Shown piece after piece: positions 1-11,005 of a stretch of 64,000 nt of DNA. The notes under the pieces are model-generated. The model did not search any database, was not told the origin of the DNA, and saw only the letters and a program-made list of their open reading frames with translations. The translations under genes and the position numbers were made by a program. The stretch's first letter is position 1. Every line of letters starts with the position of its first letter. The DNA comes from Spirochaetia bacterium (GTDB taxonomy: Bacteria > Spirochaetota > Spirochaetia > G963692905), in assembly GCA_965220165.1 (NCBI GenBank), contig CBDCPJ010000054.1, forward strand, positions 321,708-385,707, read 5' to 3'.

Positions 1-100
1 GCAATACGGGTCCATTTCTCACCATTAAGAACGTCGCTGACACTAACTATAGACTGTTCTTGAATCTTAGAATTAGGTTCTACTATCTTATTCATCATTT
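1..100 (-). CDS. Partial CDS running off the left edge (N-terminus MMNKIVEPNSKIQEQSIVSVSDVLNGEKWTRI...); function unknown
   Basis: ATG-ATG at 100-95 on the minus strand, preceded by a GGAGA Shine-Dalgarno-like motif (ctcctt on +). The frame stays open to position 1. No recognizable motif. Confidence 0.3.
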
Positions 101-128
101 TCTCCTTGAGCGTAGCAAATAAAGTTAA

Positions 129-1049
129 TTATTGATCGTACATTTGTGCAATATGTGGGCATAAAAGCCTAATACTGAGTAAGATTTCGTTTATCTCATC
201 GTAATTGTTCTCATCTCGTTTCAAGTGATGCAATAGTCGAAAATAACGACATAGTAATCGAGGCATAGCTTTATAGTTACCGCCCTCTTTCACTTCTTGT
301 TCTAATGAAGAAATTAATTGTCTCAATCGACTGGCTTCAATAGGAGTTAGAATGCAACGCACTGAAAAAACGTCCCATATTTCAGCATAGACAGGTAACC
401 ATTCGGAAAGATCTGTATCGGAAACTCCATGACTTTTGACATCAGTAGCCAAATTCTGAATTAATGATGAGTCTAGCATGCACAAATCAATAGTGCTAGC
501 ATCAACAAAGTATGCCTCTCTAAATAATGCGCGAGCACGCTCTATCTCAGCGGTAAGAGCGCAACAATCAGCCAATTGCGCGAGAAAAATTGCGTTACCT
601 TGTTCATGTTCAGAAACCTGTTCCAATACTTTTATTGCTTCTCCATATCTTCCTATTCGTTTAAGACATTGAGCACAATCTATTGAAAATGAAACAGCGT
701 CCTCATTATAATCGTACTGTGAATTAGCAAAATAATTATAAGCTTTTTCATGTAGGTTGAGTTTGAAAATATTAATAACATCATCATTTCCTAAATTTAT
801 TTTTCGTAAGAAAATTTGAAACTCTCGCCATTGCTGAAGAATATACTCACCACGATATAATTTATTCTCCTGACCCATTATTTTTTTTTCACGTTCCCGC
901 CAGAAATCGATACACTTAATAGCCGCAATAATATCTTTATTGGCATGTTGTATAGATAACCCACGCAACAGAATTTCTCTTGCGTCTTTAAGACTATTAT
1001 TTTCTATCTGTTTCGCTACTTGTTTGATCAGTTCTATTGTCTGAACCAT
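129..1049 (-). CDS. Hypothetical protein, 306 aa
   Basis: Long ORF from the six-frame track. AT-rich codon usage matches the neighbouring genes. No recognizable catalytic motif. Confidence 0.5.
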   Translation of the reverse strand: MVQTIELIKQVAKQIENNSLKDAREILLRGLSIQHANKDIIAAIKCIDFWREREKKIMGQENKLYRGEYILQQWREFQIFLRKINLGNDDVINIFKLNLHEKAYNYFANSQYDYNEDAVSFSIDCAQCLKRIGRYGEAIKVLEQVSEHEQGNAIFLAQLADCCALTAEIERARALFREAYFVDASTIDLCMLDSSLIQNLATDVKSHGVSDTDLSEWLPVYAEIWDVFSVRCILTPIEASRLRQLISSLEQEVKEGGNYKAMPRLLCRYFRLLHHLKRDENNYDEINEILLSIRLLCPHIAQMYDQ

Positions 1050-1334
1050 GCTACAGATTATTATTATACCTCATATTAAATAGTTAGTCAATAACAAATA
1101 AACGCTTGAATATAATAGAAATGCATCACTTATGCTAGCAACATAGCAAATATAGAGAACCTCACACAAAGAATTTTTCTTAATTGAAAAAACAGCATAC
1201 TAAATAGGTATTTCGATAATGGTGAATAACGTGTAAAGATTGTAATCCCATTATCAAACTAATGATTAATTTTTAACAATAGAAGGCATTATAAATATCA
1301 AGAAATATCTAGGAGTATTTTTTAACATATATCA

Positions 1335-2441
1335 TTATTGTATCCTCATTTGAAACGTTCTTAGATGTTTTTCCACGTCAAAATTCTCAAACATAGCCGA
1401 GGTAGAACGCTGAGCTTCCATGTTCATTATTACTTCGGCACTAAGTCTTGTTGATGGAACTAAGTGCATGAACGGAAGTTGCTTTTGCAGATTTTGATCG
1501 CAATAGATTGTATCGGTGACCACAAGATCTTGTAATAGCTTATTATTATATAACACCCTAAGTCTTTCAGCGGCATTGCTTGAAAGTACCGCATGAGCAG
1601 TTGCAATATTTATTGTTGCGAGGTTGCGCTTTTTTAGTTCATGCACAAGAGCCTCTATCGAACCTGCCGTATCAATCATGTCATCCACTATCCACACAGT
1701 TCTATTTTCAATCGGGGTATCAGTTAGAATATCGATCGATCCTACTGTGTTAACTCGAGAGTAATCCCTGTGTTTATGTGCGATCATAAGGGGGCATCCA
1801 AAGTTATTTGCAAATACTTTAGCTAAACTTTCGCTTCCTGCATCGACAGAACAAAAAATCCAGTTCTTTTGGACATGATCATGTAAATTAGCAATGCTAC
1901 CTACGAATTTTTGTGCAATATATTCCATCAATATATTGCTGATCGGAATATCATCAATCGCACATTTAGTAGGATCAACAATTGTCTTTGATTTATCTGA
2001 ATGTAGTTGGTATGTTATAATCTGATCTACCCCTAAGCTCATCAAAATTTTGTAATGTACCCAGAAACCAACAGAATTCCTTCTTGTGATTCGATCAGAA
2101 CGAGCACAGCTACAATATGGCTCAAACAATGTAATATGATTCGCTTGTGCTCTGCGCAACGCATCAATTGAATGATATAATTCCATTTTATTTTCAAATA
2201 CCCCAATATCATCACTATTGCGACTTGCACCTGAGAATAAAAAAACGCTTTTCCCTCTAAGAGAAACTCGAATTTCCACTTCAATTTCACCATCGGCAAA
2301 TTCTATTACTCTCAGCTTATTCACAATTTCGCGCGGCCTAAGAGTGCCTCGAAAATCTGGAAAAGTCTCAATATGATATGCGACAGATTTAGCATATTCA
2401 ACCATTGAACGAGTCGCAAGAATAATCATATCTCCCCGCAT
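1335..2441 (-). CDS. prs: Ribose-phosphate pyrophosphokinase (PRPP synthetase)
   Basis: Phosphoribosyltransferase signature (TVWIVDDMIDTAGSI) and Prs-like N-terminal half (VDAGSESLAKVFAN). Confidence 0.85.
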   Translation of the reverse strand: MRGDMIILATRSMVEYAKSVAYHIETFPDFRGTLRPREIVNKLRVIEFADGEIEVEIRVSLRGKSVFLFSGASRNSDDIGVFENKMELYHSIDALRRAQANHITLFEPYCSCARSDRITRRNSVGFWVHYKILMSLGVDQIITYQLHSDKSKTIVDPTKCAIDDIPISNILMEYIAQKFVGSIANLHDHVQKNWIFCSVDAGSESLAKVFANNFGCPLMIAHKHRDYSRVNTVGSIDILTDTPIENRTVWIVDDMIDTAGSIEALVHELKKRNLATINIATAHAVLSSNAAERLRVLYNNKLLQDLVVTDTIYCDQNLQKQLPFMHLVPSTRLSAEVIMNMEAQRSTSAMFENFDVEKHLRTFQMRIQ

Positions 2442-2880
2442 TAAAAATATGATTACAACGTTCTCATTAGAGTGTCAATAGAGTATTTTATATAAAATAT
2501 TGAAATAGATGAAATTATAAAGATAAATCTATTTATAATAATTTTAATTAGCATGTATAATCCAGTATGATTATATCTAATTTTTGTATATTTTTATTAA
2601 AAATCATCTTACTGATTTGTTACTACACATCATTTGTGTATATTTCTTATTTGTATTTTTCTCTAAATATAAAATAATATTTGATAATCGTTCACTCATT
2701 TCACGATAATTATAAAAATATGAAAAAAGTTTATTTTTCATTTGTTACATTATCTTCATAATACCTTTAAGTTGTTTAATTCTATAAATTAGCAGGGAAT
2801 ATTTTTATCTGCTAACTAGAGATACGCTGATTTATTTCTACTTGTTATCTTTCTACAAAAATACTGTATATTTATCACTT

Positions 2881-3609
2881 TTACTTATCTATACTGGAGC
2901 CATACTGATAAAATAACTTTATTTCCTCTGATGATAATGGCACCCATCTTCCGGGAGCAATATCGCCTAACTTTTTATGTCCAATGCGAACTCGATGAAG
3001 TGTATGAATTCGGATTGATTTGTTTGCAAAAACTGTTCGGATTTCTCGATTTTTCCCTTCATTAAGAATAAGAGAAGCTTTATAAGAAGAATGTAGTATC
3101 CACCGTTTTAAACAATATTTCGTCCCATTAATTTGCAATCCATTTTGAAATCTCCGCAGAAAACTACGTGAGATTACGTCATAAGTCTTAACTATATACT
3201 CTTTTTCTACTCCAAAATATGGATCCTGTACAATCTTTGCCAATAATCCGTCATTTGTGATAATTAATAACCCTGTGCTGTGAAAATCTAGCCTGCCTAC
3301 AGTGAACATATTACAGTAAGGATATTTATTTTGGATGAATTCTAGCGCTGATTTTCTGCCGTACGGATCATTACTCGAGCAGATAATCTTTTTTGGCTTA
3401 TTAAATGCAACTGAGTGATAAACAGGATTAGTTTCAATTTTCTTATCGTCAATTTCTATTTCATCATTGATTGAAACTATTATTCCTCGCCTATTTACTA
3501 TTTTACCATTCAGTCTTACTCTTCTTTCTTCAATATATCGCTCGCAAACTCGTCGCGACGCAATTCCTAATCTAGCCATGATGACCTGTAAACGCATTGA
3601 TTCTACCAT
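2881..3609 (-). CDS. rluB: 23S rRNA pseudouridine synthase, RluB/RsuA family
   Basis: N-terminal S4 RNA-binding domain (MRLQVIMARLGIASRR). Catalytic region with GRLDFHSTGLLIITNDG. Conserved scpA-scpB-rluB gene order. Confidence 0.8.
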   Translation of the reverse strand: MVESMRLQVIMARLGIASRRVCERYIEERRVRLNGKIVNRRGIIVSINDEIEIDDKKIETNPVYHSVAFNKPKKIICSSNDPYGRKSALEFIQNKYPYCNMFTVGRLDFHSTGLLIITNDGLLAKIVQDPYFGVEKEYIVKTYDVISRSFLRRFQNGLQINGTKYCLKRWILHSSYKASLILNEGKNREIRTVFANKSIRIHTLHRVRIGHKKLGDIAPGRWVPLSSEEIKLFYQYGSSIDK

Positions 3610-3623
3610 CAGCAGACTAATAA

Positions 3624-4163
3624 TTATCCTCTTTTATAATCTCTTTGCACAAATCGTCTCATATAATTCTTGTCCAAATTTGGGAGTTCTGATATATTTC
3701 TGATCATCAGTAAAGATAGAAATTTATCCGTTGTTCCATACAATAGGGCTTGTTTATTGGCTTTACCTACAACTTTGATCAAATTATAATTTTTGAGCAT
3801 TCTTATGTTGTTGTCTACTGAAACTCCTCGAATTTCTTCTATTTTACTTCGAATAATCGGTTGCTTATATGCAATGATAGACAATGTTTCGAGTGAGGCA
3901 ATAGAGAGTTCTATTTTAATATTTCTATTGTAGTACGTCTCCAGTTTTTTCTTGACGAATGGTTTAGGAACCAGCGATACTGTTCCATTGTGAACGGCAA
4001 TTGCTATCCCAGTGTTTATATCATTGGCAACTCGATATTGTAACTGTTGAATGACTTCTCTCACTTCTCTAACGTTCATTCCCAAAATAGTAGCTATTTT
4101 CTTTTCTTCGATAAGGTTGCCTTCTAATAGAATCATGGCCTCTAACATAGCAACATCAAACAT
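3624..4163 (-). CDS. scpB: Segregation and condensation protein B
   Basis: ScpB winged-helix motifs (SLETLSIIAYKQPIIRSKIEEIRGVSVDNNIRML). Immediately downstream of scpA. Confidence 0.8.
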   Translation of the reverse strand: MFDVAMLEAMILLEGNLIEEKKIATILGMNVREVREVIQQLQYRVANDINTGIAIAVHNGTVSLVPKPFVKKKLETYYNRNIKIELSIASLETLSIIAYKQPIIRSKIEEIRGVSVDNNIRMLKNYNLIKVVGKANKQALLYGTTDKFLSLLMIRNISELPNLDKNYMRRFVQRDYKRG

Positions 4164-4166
4164 TTT

Positions 4167-4892
4167 CTAAACGCAATGAATCCATATAGGGCCAAATATT
4201 TTTTCTTGTTTCATATTTATACTTCGCATTCTTGTTTTTTCTAACAAAGCTAATAAAGTACAGATAAGATCAAATTTTGAGCTGGGAGTAGGTAGAATAT
4301 CTTGTAATAAAAAACGGGGGAAACGTCTTATCTTATCATCAATAAGTAACATCTTATACTTAACTGTTATCGAATCAGAAATGACTAATGATGTTTTACG
4401 CTGAAACTCCGCGTATGCATGCATAAATATTTCTTGTAAACGATTGGGATTTACTCTATTAATATAGATATATTTTAAAGTGAGCATATTTTTTTTTACA
4501 ATCTTCCCATATCCTATTGGGAAAATAATAGGCTGTACTCGCTGTTTAAGAACAGTAGCTAATTTTTTATACTTCTGATAGCCAATAATACGATCAATTA
4601 AATATGAATAATCAATAGGGTCTATATCCTCATTGTTTCTATTATTAATTAATGTATTGGATTTTATTAACAATAGAAGCGACGTGGACAAATAAAAATT
4701 TCCTGTCTGTTCCAAATATTTTAATTTATCCTCTTGTGATAGAACAACATATCTATTAGAGATTTCTCTAATAGAAATATCAAAAATATCAACCTTTTCT
4801 CTATATATCATCGAAATCAACAAATTAAGAGGACCATAAAAACCGCCGAAAGAAACTGATAACGAGTTATTATAATCATTGTTCGATTTCAT
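4167..4892 (-). CDS. scpA: Segregation and condensation protein A
   Basis: N-terminal FYGPLNLLISMI...VDIFDISIREIS matches the ScpA kleisin N-domain. Operon with scpB. Confidence 0.75.
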   Translation of the reverse strand: MKSNNDYNNSLSVSFGGFYGPLNLLISMIYREKVDIFDISIREISNRYVVLSQEDKLKYLEQTGNFYLSTSLLLLIKSNTLINNRNNEDIDPIDYSYLIDRIIGYQKYKKLATVLKQRVQPIIFPIGYGKIVKKNMLTLKYIYINRVNPNRLQEIFMHAYAEFQRKTSLVISDSITVKYKMLLIDDKIRRFPRFLLQDILPTPSSKFDLICTLLALLEKTRMRSINMKQEKIFGPIWIHCV

Positions 4893-5401
4893 CTATGATC
4901 TATTATTTGTTCCACCACTTGATCAGACAAATTTACTAAACAGTCAGTTAGCAATACATTATTTTGAGGATGGCGCAAATGTTTGTCAATAGATAAAAGC
5001 GGCTCTAATACAAATCTACGTTTGCACATTCGCGGGTGAGGAATAATCAATCGATTATTATTAATACATTCTTTGCCATAAAGAATAAGATCAAGATCTA
5101 TTACTCTCGGCCCATGTCGTTGCTCTTGTGCTCTTTGCCTACCTAAATCATTTTCTATTTCTTGTAGTTTGTCGAGCAATAGAAGCGGCGATAATATAGT
5201 ACCTCCCCGAATTACCGCATTTAAAAAAAACGGTTGTGCCTTTATATCTTGGGGTTCTGTGTAAAATAGAGGTGACAGAATCGTGTTGTGTAATAAACCT
5301 CTAAGTGTAAGTGCTGAAATAGCAGAAAAAATATTTTTGTATAGATTTCCGAGATTACTGCCGATGCTTATCCAGGCTGTTTCACAATAATTCTGAGTCA
5401 T
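4889..5401 (-). CDS. folK: 2-amino-4-hydroxy-6-hydroxymethyldihydropteridine pyrophosphokinase (HPPK)
   Basis: HPPK motifs (ISIGSNLGN; RVIDLDLILYG; LIIPHPRM...RRFVLEPL). Its start overlaps the scpA stop by 4 nt. Confidence 0.8.
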   Translation of the reverse strand: MTQNYCETAWISIGSNLGNLYKNIFSAISALTLRGLLHNTILSPLFYTEPQDIKAQPFFLNAVIRGGTILSPLLLLDKLQEIENDLGRQRAQEQRHGPRVIDLDLILYGKECINNNRLIIPHPRMCKRRFVLEPLLSIDKHLRHPQNNVLLTDCLVNLSDQVVEQIIDHR

Positions 5402-5439
5402 CGCTTTACGCTACAATTGATATTAAGTACGTATTGATA

Positions 5440-6492
5440 TCATCCTATCTTTTCTTGCTTTCCAAATAGTGATTTTCGCAATTGAGCATCAATATTACCT
5501 CTAATTTTCGGATTTGTATCTAAATATGTTCGAACATTTTCCCTTCCTTGCCCTATACGTTCGTCTCCATATGAATACCATGAACCACTTTTTTTAATTA
5601 GGTTGTATTTTACCGCAGCATCAAGCAGGCTTGATGTAGAAGAGATACCTTGCCCAAAAAATAGCTCCATTTCAGCTTTTCGAAATGGAGGAGCTAGTTT
5701 ATTTTTTACAACTTTTGCACGAATACGATTACCTATAGCATCCTCTCCTATCGAATTAATTGCCTCAATACGCCGAACTTCTATCCTTACTGAGGAATAG
5801 AATTTCAGAGCGTTACCTCCGGTAGTCGTTTCAGGATTACCAAACATCACTCCAATTTTCATTCGCACCTGATTGATAAAAATAAGACAGGTACCAGATT
5901 TCGAAACAGTCGATGTCAGTTTACGCAGAGCCTGACTCATAAGGCGAGCTTGTAGCCCCAGTTTTTGCTCACCCATGCTACCATCTATTTCGGCTTGAGG
6001 CGTAAGCGCCGCCACAGAGTCGATCACAATAATATCTACCGCTCCCGATCGAATAAGCGATTCTGCAATTTCCAAAGCCTGCTCTCCTGCATCAGGTTGC
6101 GATATCCATAATTCATCCACATTAATACCCAGCATGGCTGCATATACTGGATCGGTTGCATGTTCAGCGTCGATAAATGCGGCAACCCCCCCTATTTTTT
6201 GAGCCTCTGCAATTGCATGCATAGCCAACGTTGTTTTCCCCGATGATTCAGGGCCAAATATTTCTATAATACGTCCTTTAGGATATCCACCGATACCAAG
6301 TGCCTCATCTAACAGAATTGATCCACTAGGAATAGTCAAGATTTCATTCGCTTTTATCCCATCCCCCATTTTCATTATTGAGCCTTTGCCGTATTGTTTT
6401 TCTATATTCAATCTCGCTGTTTCCAATGCGAGCTGTCGCTCCTTTTTTGTGTCGTGTTGCATATTATCAGCTTTTTTCATCTTTCCCTCCAT
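5440..6492 (-). CDS. recA: Recombinase RecA
   Basis: Walker A ([11 protein letters not shown]), the RecA L1/L2 region and IDSVAAL motifs. Full-length, 350 aa. Confidence 0.95.
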   Translation of the reverse strand: MEGKMKKADNMQHDTKKERQLALETARLNIEKQYGKGSIMKMGDGIKANEILTIPSGSILLDEALGIGGYPKGRIIEIFGPESSGKTTLAMHAIAEAQKIGGVAAFIDAEHATDPVYAAMLGINVDELWISQPDAGEQALEIAESLIRSGAVDIIVIDSVAALTPQAEIDGSMGEQKLGLQARLMSQALRKLTSTVSKSGTCLIFINQVRMKIGVMFGNPETTTGGNALKFYSSVRIEVRRIEAINSIGEDAIGNRIRAKVVKNKLAPPFRKAEMELFFGQGISSTSSLLDAAVKYNLIKKSGSWYSYGDERIGQGRENVRTYLDTNPKIRGNIDAQLRKSLFGKQEKIG

Positions 6493-7138
6493 TTGATGTA
6501 TTTTTCATTCATTTTATTACTAATTACTCGCATGAAAACAGTCTAATTTAGATAAATATTTATATTTTTTATTGTGCAATTTAATTATAGTTTATCAAAT
6601 ATTAATTATATTGGTAATAAAAAATACACGAAATACCAATAAATCGTTAACTCGCAACGATATATCCATCAAATATATTGAAAAATAATCCAAGAAGTAT
6701 TATTATTTTTCTCTCCTTACTCTATTTGTGATGCGAAAAAATTTGGAGGGTTTCAACATAAATTAAGCAACATGACCTATCTTTTAACTACTTTCACTTA
6801 TAAGCAGTATCTTATTAGAACTCTAAGTATATTCAAATATTAAATATCCCTGCTGGATTTTATTGAAAATTCCTATCAGTAAAAATCTATCAAATAAAAA
6901 TTATTCTAAAATCTCTTGTTTATTTTAATTAACTACCTCAAATAAATTTGCATTATTAAATTATTAATTCGTATTCTAATTATCTAAGTATTTCTTACTA
7001 TTTCACACGCGTCAATTTTCCTGCCCTCAATATTTGTAAAAATACTCAATACTTTGAAAATTTTCAAGTAATCGTTATGCCAATAATTTTTATAGTTATG
7101 AATATTATTAAGATGACTATTTGCATAAATATTAATCG

Positions 7139-7156
7139 ATAATTAATATTAATTAT
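7139..7156. repeat. Perfect 18-bp AT palindrome ATAATTAATATTAATTAT in the recA upstream spacer
   Basis: The reverse complement is identical to the forward sequence. The sequence is low-complexity AT DNA. Confidence 0.6.
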
Positions 7157-7431
7157 TAATATATTTAATTTTATTTATTTTAAACATGGCTAAATCATGA
7201 TTATAATTTAGTACATTAACCATATTTTTATATGATAATTACTCTACCTCTAATAAGCGAACTATTCTCAGTAATTTTTTAATTTTTACGCTTATAAAAA
7301 GTGGAATACCTATTTTGACACCAATAGCATTTGGCGATAAACTAAACGTATCAGCTAGTAGCTGTATTTGCCCAACCATTAATTAATTTTTTTCTATTAC
7401 TTTATCGTTCTCATACTAAAACTTGTGAATT

Positions 7432-7469
7432 TCTGTACTAGTAATATTTTTCTGTACTAGTAATATTTT
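7432..7469. repeat. Perfect 19-bp tandem direct repeat x2 (CTGTACTAGTAATATTTTT) in the recA upstream spacer
   Basis: Copy 1 at 7432-7450 and copy 2 at 7451-7469 are identical. Each unit contains the palindromic hexamer ACTAGT. Confidence 0.8.
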
Positions 7470-7892
7470 TACTAATCCTGTATCTAGAGAAAATTACCGA
7501 CACTTTTTCGATGTACACTAATATTATAATTCTTTTCCGCTTCATCTATCGGCATCATGATTTCACTATATTTGCAAGAATAATCAGAAATATGGGCCTA
7601 TAGATTGCTATAGTTGTATTTGATAATTAAATATTGGTAATATATGTATGCACATTCAATCATTTTGCAAGCTTACTGTGTTGGGAAAATAATTCTATTC
7701 ATATATCTACACATAAAAAGCTTGGTAAATGAGCATCGGGCTTGCAAGTGCTTATTACTTTCGTAAAGCTATCTGTATTGTCCATTTTAGCAAATACTAA
7801 TATAGGGCAATCTAAATTAGAATAAATAAAATGCTAATCAGATTCATGTTATAACTAGAAAGTATTGGTTATAATTAAATACACATTACTTA

Positions 7893-8981
7893 TTATGTGC
7901 TCAATTTCCTAACTGCTACCCCTTCCAGCAATTCTATGCTCGTATCTGAAAGCACACGTCCGATTATCTCAATTGACATTCCATTTTCTATCTCTATAGC
8001 AAAAGGCAAAATCACTTTACTAACTATGTCAAGTTCTTGCTCTTCCTGATAACCTACTAATAAGTCAAAAATAATATGCTCTGAATCAGTACGAACATTT
8101 GCGACTCTGCCCTTCCACCGAACGTAACATCCGTTATATAGCCAAGGTTCTCGGATAATTTCAGAAGGGCTAAAATTATCTTTGAAATTGGTAAAATCCA
8201 GCCTGGTTAAATTCTCAGATAATGAATTCAGCCTTTGTTTAATATTGAATGAAAGATTAGAATTGACAAGCCTGTTAATTTCTCGTTGAACTAGATTATC
8301 ACGTTGCGAATGAAAATAATCACTCACATTATTTAATATATCTCCTATCTCTTTATCAGTGAAAATGTATCGAAATGCTCCTTGATAATCTACACGTGAT
8401 TGTATTTTTTCAATTGCGGCGATATGTTCACTACCTATTCTGGATTGTTCGTTATTTCTACTTTGAAACCAGATTCCCAATATAGCAACAAAACCTATCG
8501 CAGTGATAGCTAATATAGCAATAGTTAACACATGGAATGGGGTCAGCTTGCGCGGAGAAATTACTATATATCTTACGCCTCTTTTTTTTATCAGGCTGTA
8601 AAAATTCTTTTCAGAATTTCTCAAGGATTCCAAAGCTCGATTGGCAATAAGATTTTTAGGTTCTATTTCAAGTACTTTGAACCAAAGGTGGAGAGCTGAC
8701 TTAGTATTCCGCTCAAGAATATATGCCGCGGCTAACCCTAATAACGTGCTGACATCTTCAGGATTTAATTGAATCGCGCGTTTTAAATATGACATAGCCA
8801 AACTATATGACTGATCTAAGTTGTTCTCGGTAGTATGAAGACATGACATCCCTATAAGATAGAAGTAGAAAAAATCGTCACGATGTTCAGATTGTTTTCT
8901 TTCAAGTATCTTTATTACTTCACTGAATCTCCCGATACTATAAAGACGACCGGCTAACTTCAAACTCTGCATTATAACCAA
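7893..8981 (-). CDS. TPR-repeat protein with one central transmembrane helix; hypothetical
   Basis: N-terminal TPR-like repeats (YYLIGMSCL...AIQLNPEDV...LEIEPKNLIANRALE). A hydrophobic segment (VLTIAILAITAIGFVAILGIW). No catalytic motif. Confidence 0.5.
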   Translation of the reverse strand: MVIMQSLKLAGRLYSIGRFSEVIKILERKQSEHRDDFFYFYLIGMSCLHTTENNLDQSYSLAMSYLKRAIQLNPEDVSTLLGLAAAYILERNTKSALHLWFKVLEIEPKNLIANRALESLRNSEKNFYSLIKKRGVRYIVISPRKLTPFHVLTIAILAITAIGFVAILGIWFQSRNNEQSRIGSEHIAAIEKIQSRVDYQGAFRYIFTDKEIGDILNNVSDYFHSQRDNLVQREINRLVNSNLSFNIKQRLNSLSENLTRLDFTNFKDNFSPSEIIREPWLYNGCYVRWKGRVANVRTDSEHIIFDLLVGYQEEQELDIVSKVILPFAIEIENGMSIEIIGRVLSDTSIELLEGVAVRKLST

Positions 8982-9000
8982 TGGAAGTAAACGTGATTCG

Positions 9001-10092
9001 TTATTCTGACAATTCTTTCTGCAATGCTTCTATCCGCGTTTCAATTTCCAGCATCTCTTCTTCAGTAATGGCGTTCTCGTTACTAATATATCGTTCGATC
9101 GTATTGCTTAGTTGCTCGACCTCTTCTAACCTATCGGACACTTTACGAATATAGCTTTTATATAGATCAGGATCTACTACTCGAATACGCGCTTGATCTT
9201 CAGAGAGATATTGCCGTTGCCTAATATTGCCGTCTTGCTCCGTGGCAAAAGCGCTTATTTCCGGTATCCCTTGAAGAGCATTTGCATCGTTCCAATCTAT
9301 TTGATCTAATGCGCTCGTAATTCCAAGCAAAATAGAAATATTACGTGTTCCAGCTGGCTGGATAGGGGCAGATTGAAAATAATAAGCAATTGCACTGTCT
9401 TTAGACCTCACAGCTGAGGCACTAAGAGCTCGAAACTCAGAAACTGTATAGTACCAAGGAGAACGTATCAATCTATCCCAATTAGCAATAACAATTCTAT
9501 CTGGAACACTGACATTTTTCGCAGCAAATATAAATACTAGTCCTGGAAAATTTGAATCGCCTGATTCTGAAATAAGTATTGGATTTTTATTAAAATTTAT
9601 AATCTCATATTCTTGGTTGATGGGTTGACTGTTGTATAATAGTATATTTGCTCCTTCAAATTCGTCTAATTTTAGATCAAAAATATATCGTAGGCCAACA
9701 CTTCGTTCTAATTGTGTTTTATTTTTTAGAGAAACGACTATTTGAATAACTTGTTCCGAAACAAATCCAAACCTCTGCCTCACCTCTATAGAATGAGATT
9801 CCCATATTTGAGTGGGTATCATATTTTGAAAGTCGTTAGAATATCGATAGCTCGCATCGTTCCCTAGAATTGAAAAGCGCCCATCTTCTTGAATAGTAAG
9901 CATGGTGCGAAATGCTGTTTCATGATCTAATAGCGGAAGAAATAGTTCTGCTTTATGATCACGATAATAAATATTATACTGTCCGATGTCATTCATCAAT
10001 TGTAATGATAACTTACCATATGAAAAAAAATCATCGCTATTTTCTTCTATACCTAATAAAAGAGCCGACAAAAGTATAATAGACTTACTCAT
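9001..10092 (-). CDS. Secreted hypothetical protein with C-terminal coiled coil
   Basis: Signal-peptide-like N-terminus (MSKSIILLSALLLG). Heptad-like acidic C-terminus (EEEMLEIETRIEALQKELSE). Confidence 0.5.
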   Translation of the reverse strand: MSKSIILLSALLLGIEENSDDFFSYGKLSLQLMNDIGQYNIYYRDHKAELFLPLLDHETAFRTMLTIQEDGRFSILGNDASYRYSNDFQNMIPTQIWESHSIEVRQRFGFVSEQVIQIVVSLKNKTQLERSVGLRYIFDLKLDEFEGANILLYNSQPINQEYEIINFNKNPILISESGDSNFPGLVFIFAAKNVSVPDRIVIANWDRLIRSPWYYTVSEFRALSASAVRSKDSAIAYYFQSAPIQPAGTRNISILLGITSALDQIDWNDANALQGIPEISAFATEQDGNIRQRQYLSEDQARIRVVDPDLYKSYIRKVSDRLEEVEQLSNTIERYISNENAITEEEMLEIETRIEALQKELSE

Positions 10093-10097
10093 ATAGG

Positions 10098-10964
10098 TTA
10101 GCGTTCAAGTGTAGCAAGTTCTTGGCTTAATTTCAATTTAATATCAGAAATAGCCACATTTGCAGATAATAATCTTCTTTGAAGATCACTATTTACATGA
10201 TCATTTTCTAATTTTTGAACTTGTTTCTCCAGTTGCTTGATTTTGGATTGCAATATAAGAGAATTATTCTCATCAGATTCAGCACCTATCTCAACAAAAT
10301 CTTCCAAAGAATCGAGAGGTGCTCTGACAGCTAAATTCAAATATTCTTGATGATTCCATCGTAGTATATCAAGTAGCTCTTTCTCCTTTTGCTTTAATTG
10401 TATGCGAGCTAGAGCATATCTAGCAGAATCCACTCTATAACTAAGTGGATAATCCTCAACTACTCTATGAAACATTGCTTCCGCCTGCTGATAGTCTCCT
10501 ATGGATAAGTAAGCCTCGCCGCTAAGATAATAAGAACTACCAATATATAGATCGTTAGGAAATCTTTGTCGATAACTATCTAAAGCTTTAATCGCCCGAT
10601 GGTAATTTTGACTAAGAAATAACAATTTCGCATTTGTATACGATACTTCTGATAATAGCTGATGATTTGGGTATAACCGTATAAATTTTCCGATTGCTTC
10701 CTTAGCTTGTTCAAAATCTTTTACCGCTATTGCACTCTGTGCGAATTTTAATAGTATATCAGGCTGTAAAATATCAAAATGTAGATCACCTTGTATAATA
10801 TTAAATATATCATACGCTCTCTCATACTCTCCTTGCTTAAAGTTATTCCTAGCCTCCTCAAGTAATAATATATTGGGACTGTTCTGCGCTCCAAGGTGGA
10901 AAATAGCTAAAAATAATAAAAGACTTGAGTAAAAATATTTCAGAATCAATCTCATAGCGAACAT
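10098..10964 (-). CDS. Secreted TPR-repeat protein (BamD/YbgF-like architecture); hypothetical
   Basis: Signal peptide (MRLILKYFYSSLLLFLAIFHLGAQN). Several TPR units. C-terminal coiled-coil (KQLEKQVQKLENDHV). Confidence 0.5.
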   Translation of the reverse strand: MFAMRLILKYFYSSLLLFLAIFHLGAQNSPNILLLEEARNNFKQGEYERAYDIFNIIQGDLHFDILQPDILLKFAQSAIAVKDFEQAKEAIGKFIRLYPNHQLLSEVSYTNAKLLFLSQNYHRAIKALDSYRQRFPNDLYIGSSYYLSGEAYLSIGDYQQAEAMFHRVVEDYPLSYRVDSARYALARIQLKQKEKELLDILRWNHQEYLNLAVRAPLDSLEDFVEIGAESDENNSLILQSKIKQLEKQVQKLENDHVNSDLQRRLLSANVAISDIKLKLSQELATLER

Positions 10965-11005
10965 GTTTCCATATAAATCAACAGTCGGAAAATGAAAGTA
11001 GACAA

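Noticed and set aside
2042-2299. 85-aa ORF nested in prs on the same strand but in another frame
   Set aside because: Lies entirely inside a conserved gene. The translation is hydrophobic and AT-driven with no motif.
7432-7469. Tandem 19-bp repeats considered as a possible CRISPR fragment
   Set aside because: Only two directly adjacent copies with no spacers and no cas genes. This is a tandem duplication, not a CRISPR array.
6493-7892. AT-rich 1.4-kb spacer considered as a replication origin
   Set aside because: No dnaA, dnaN or parAB genes nearby, and no recognisable DnaA-box clusters. AT-richness alone is not enough.
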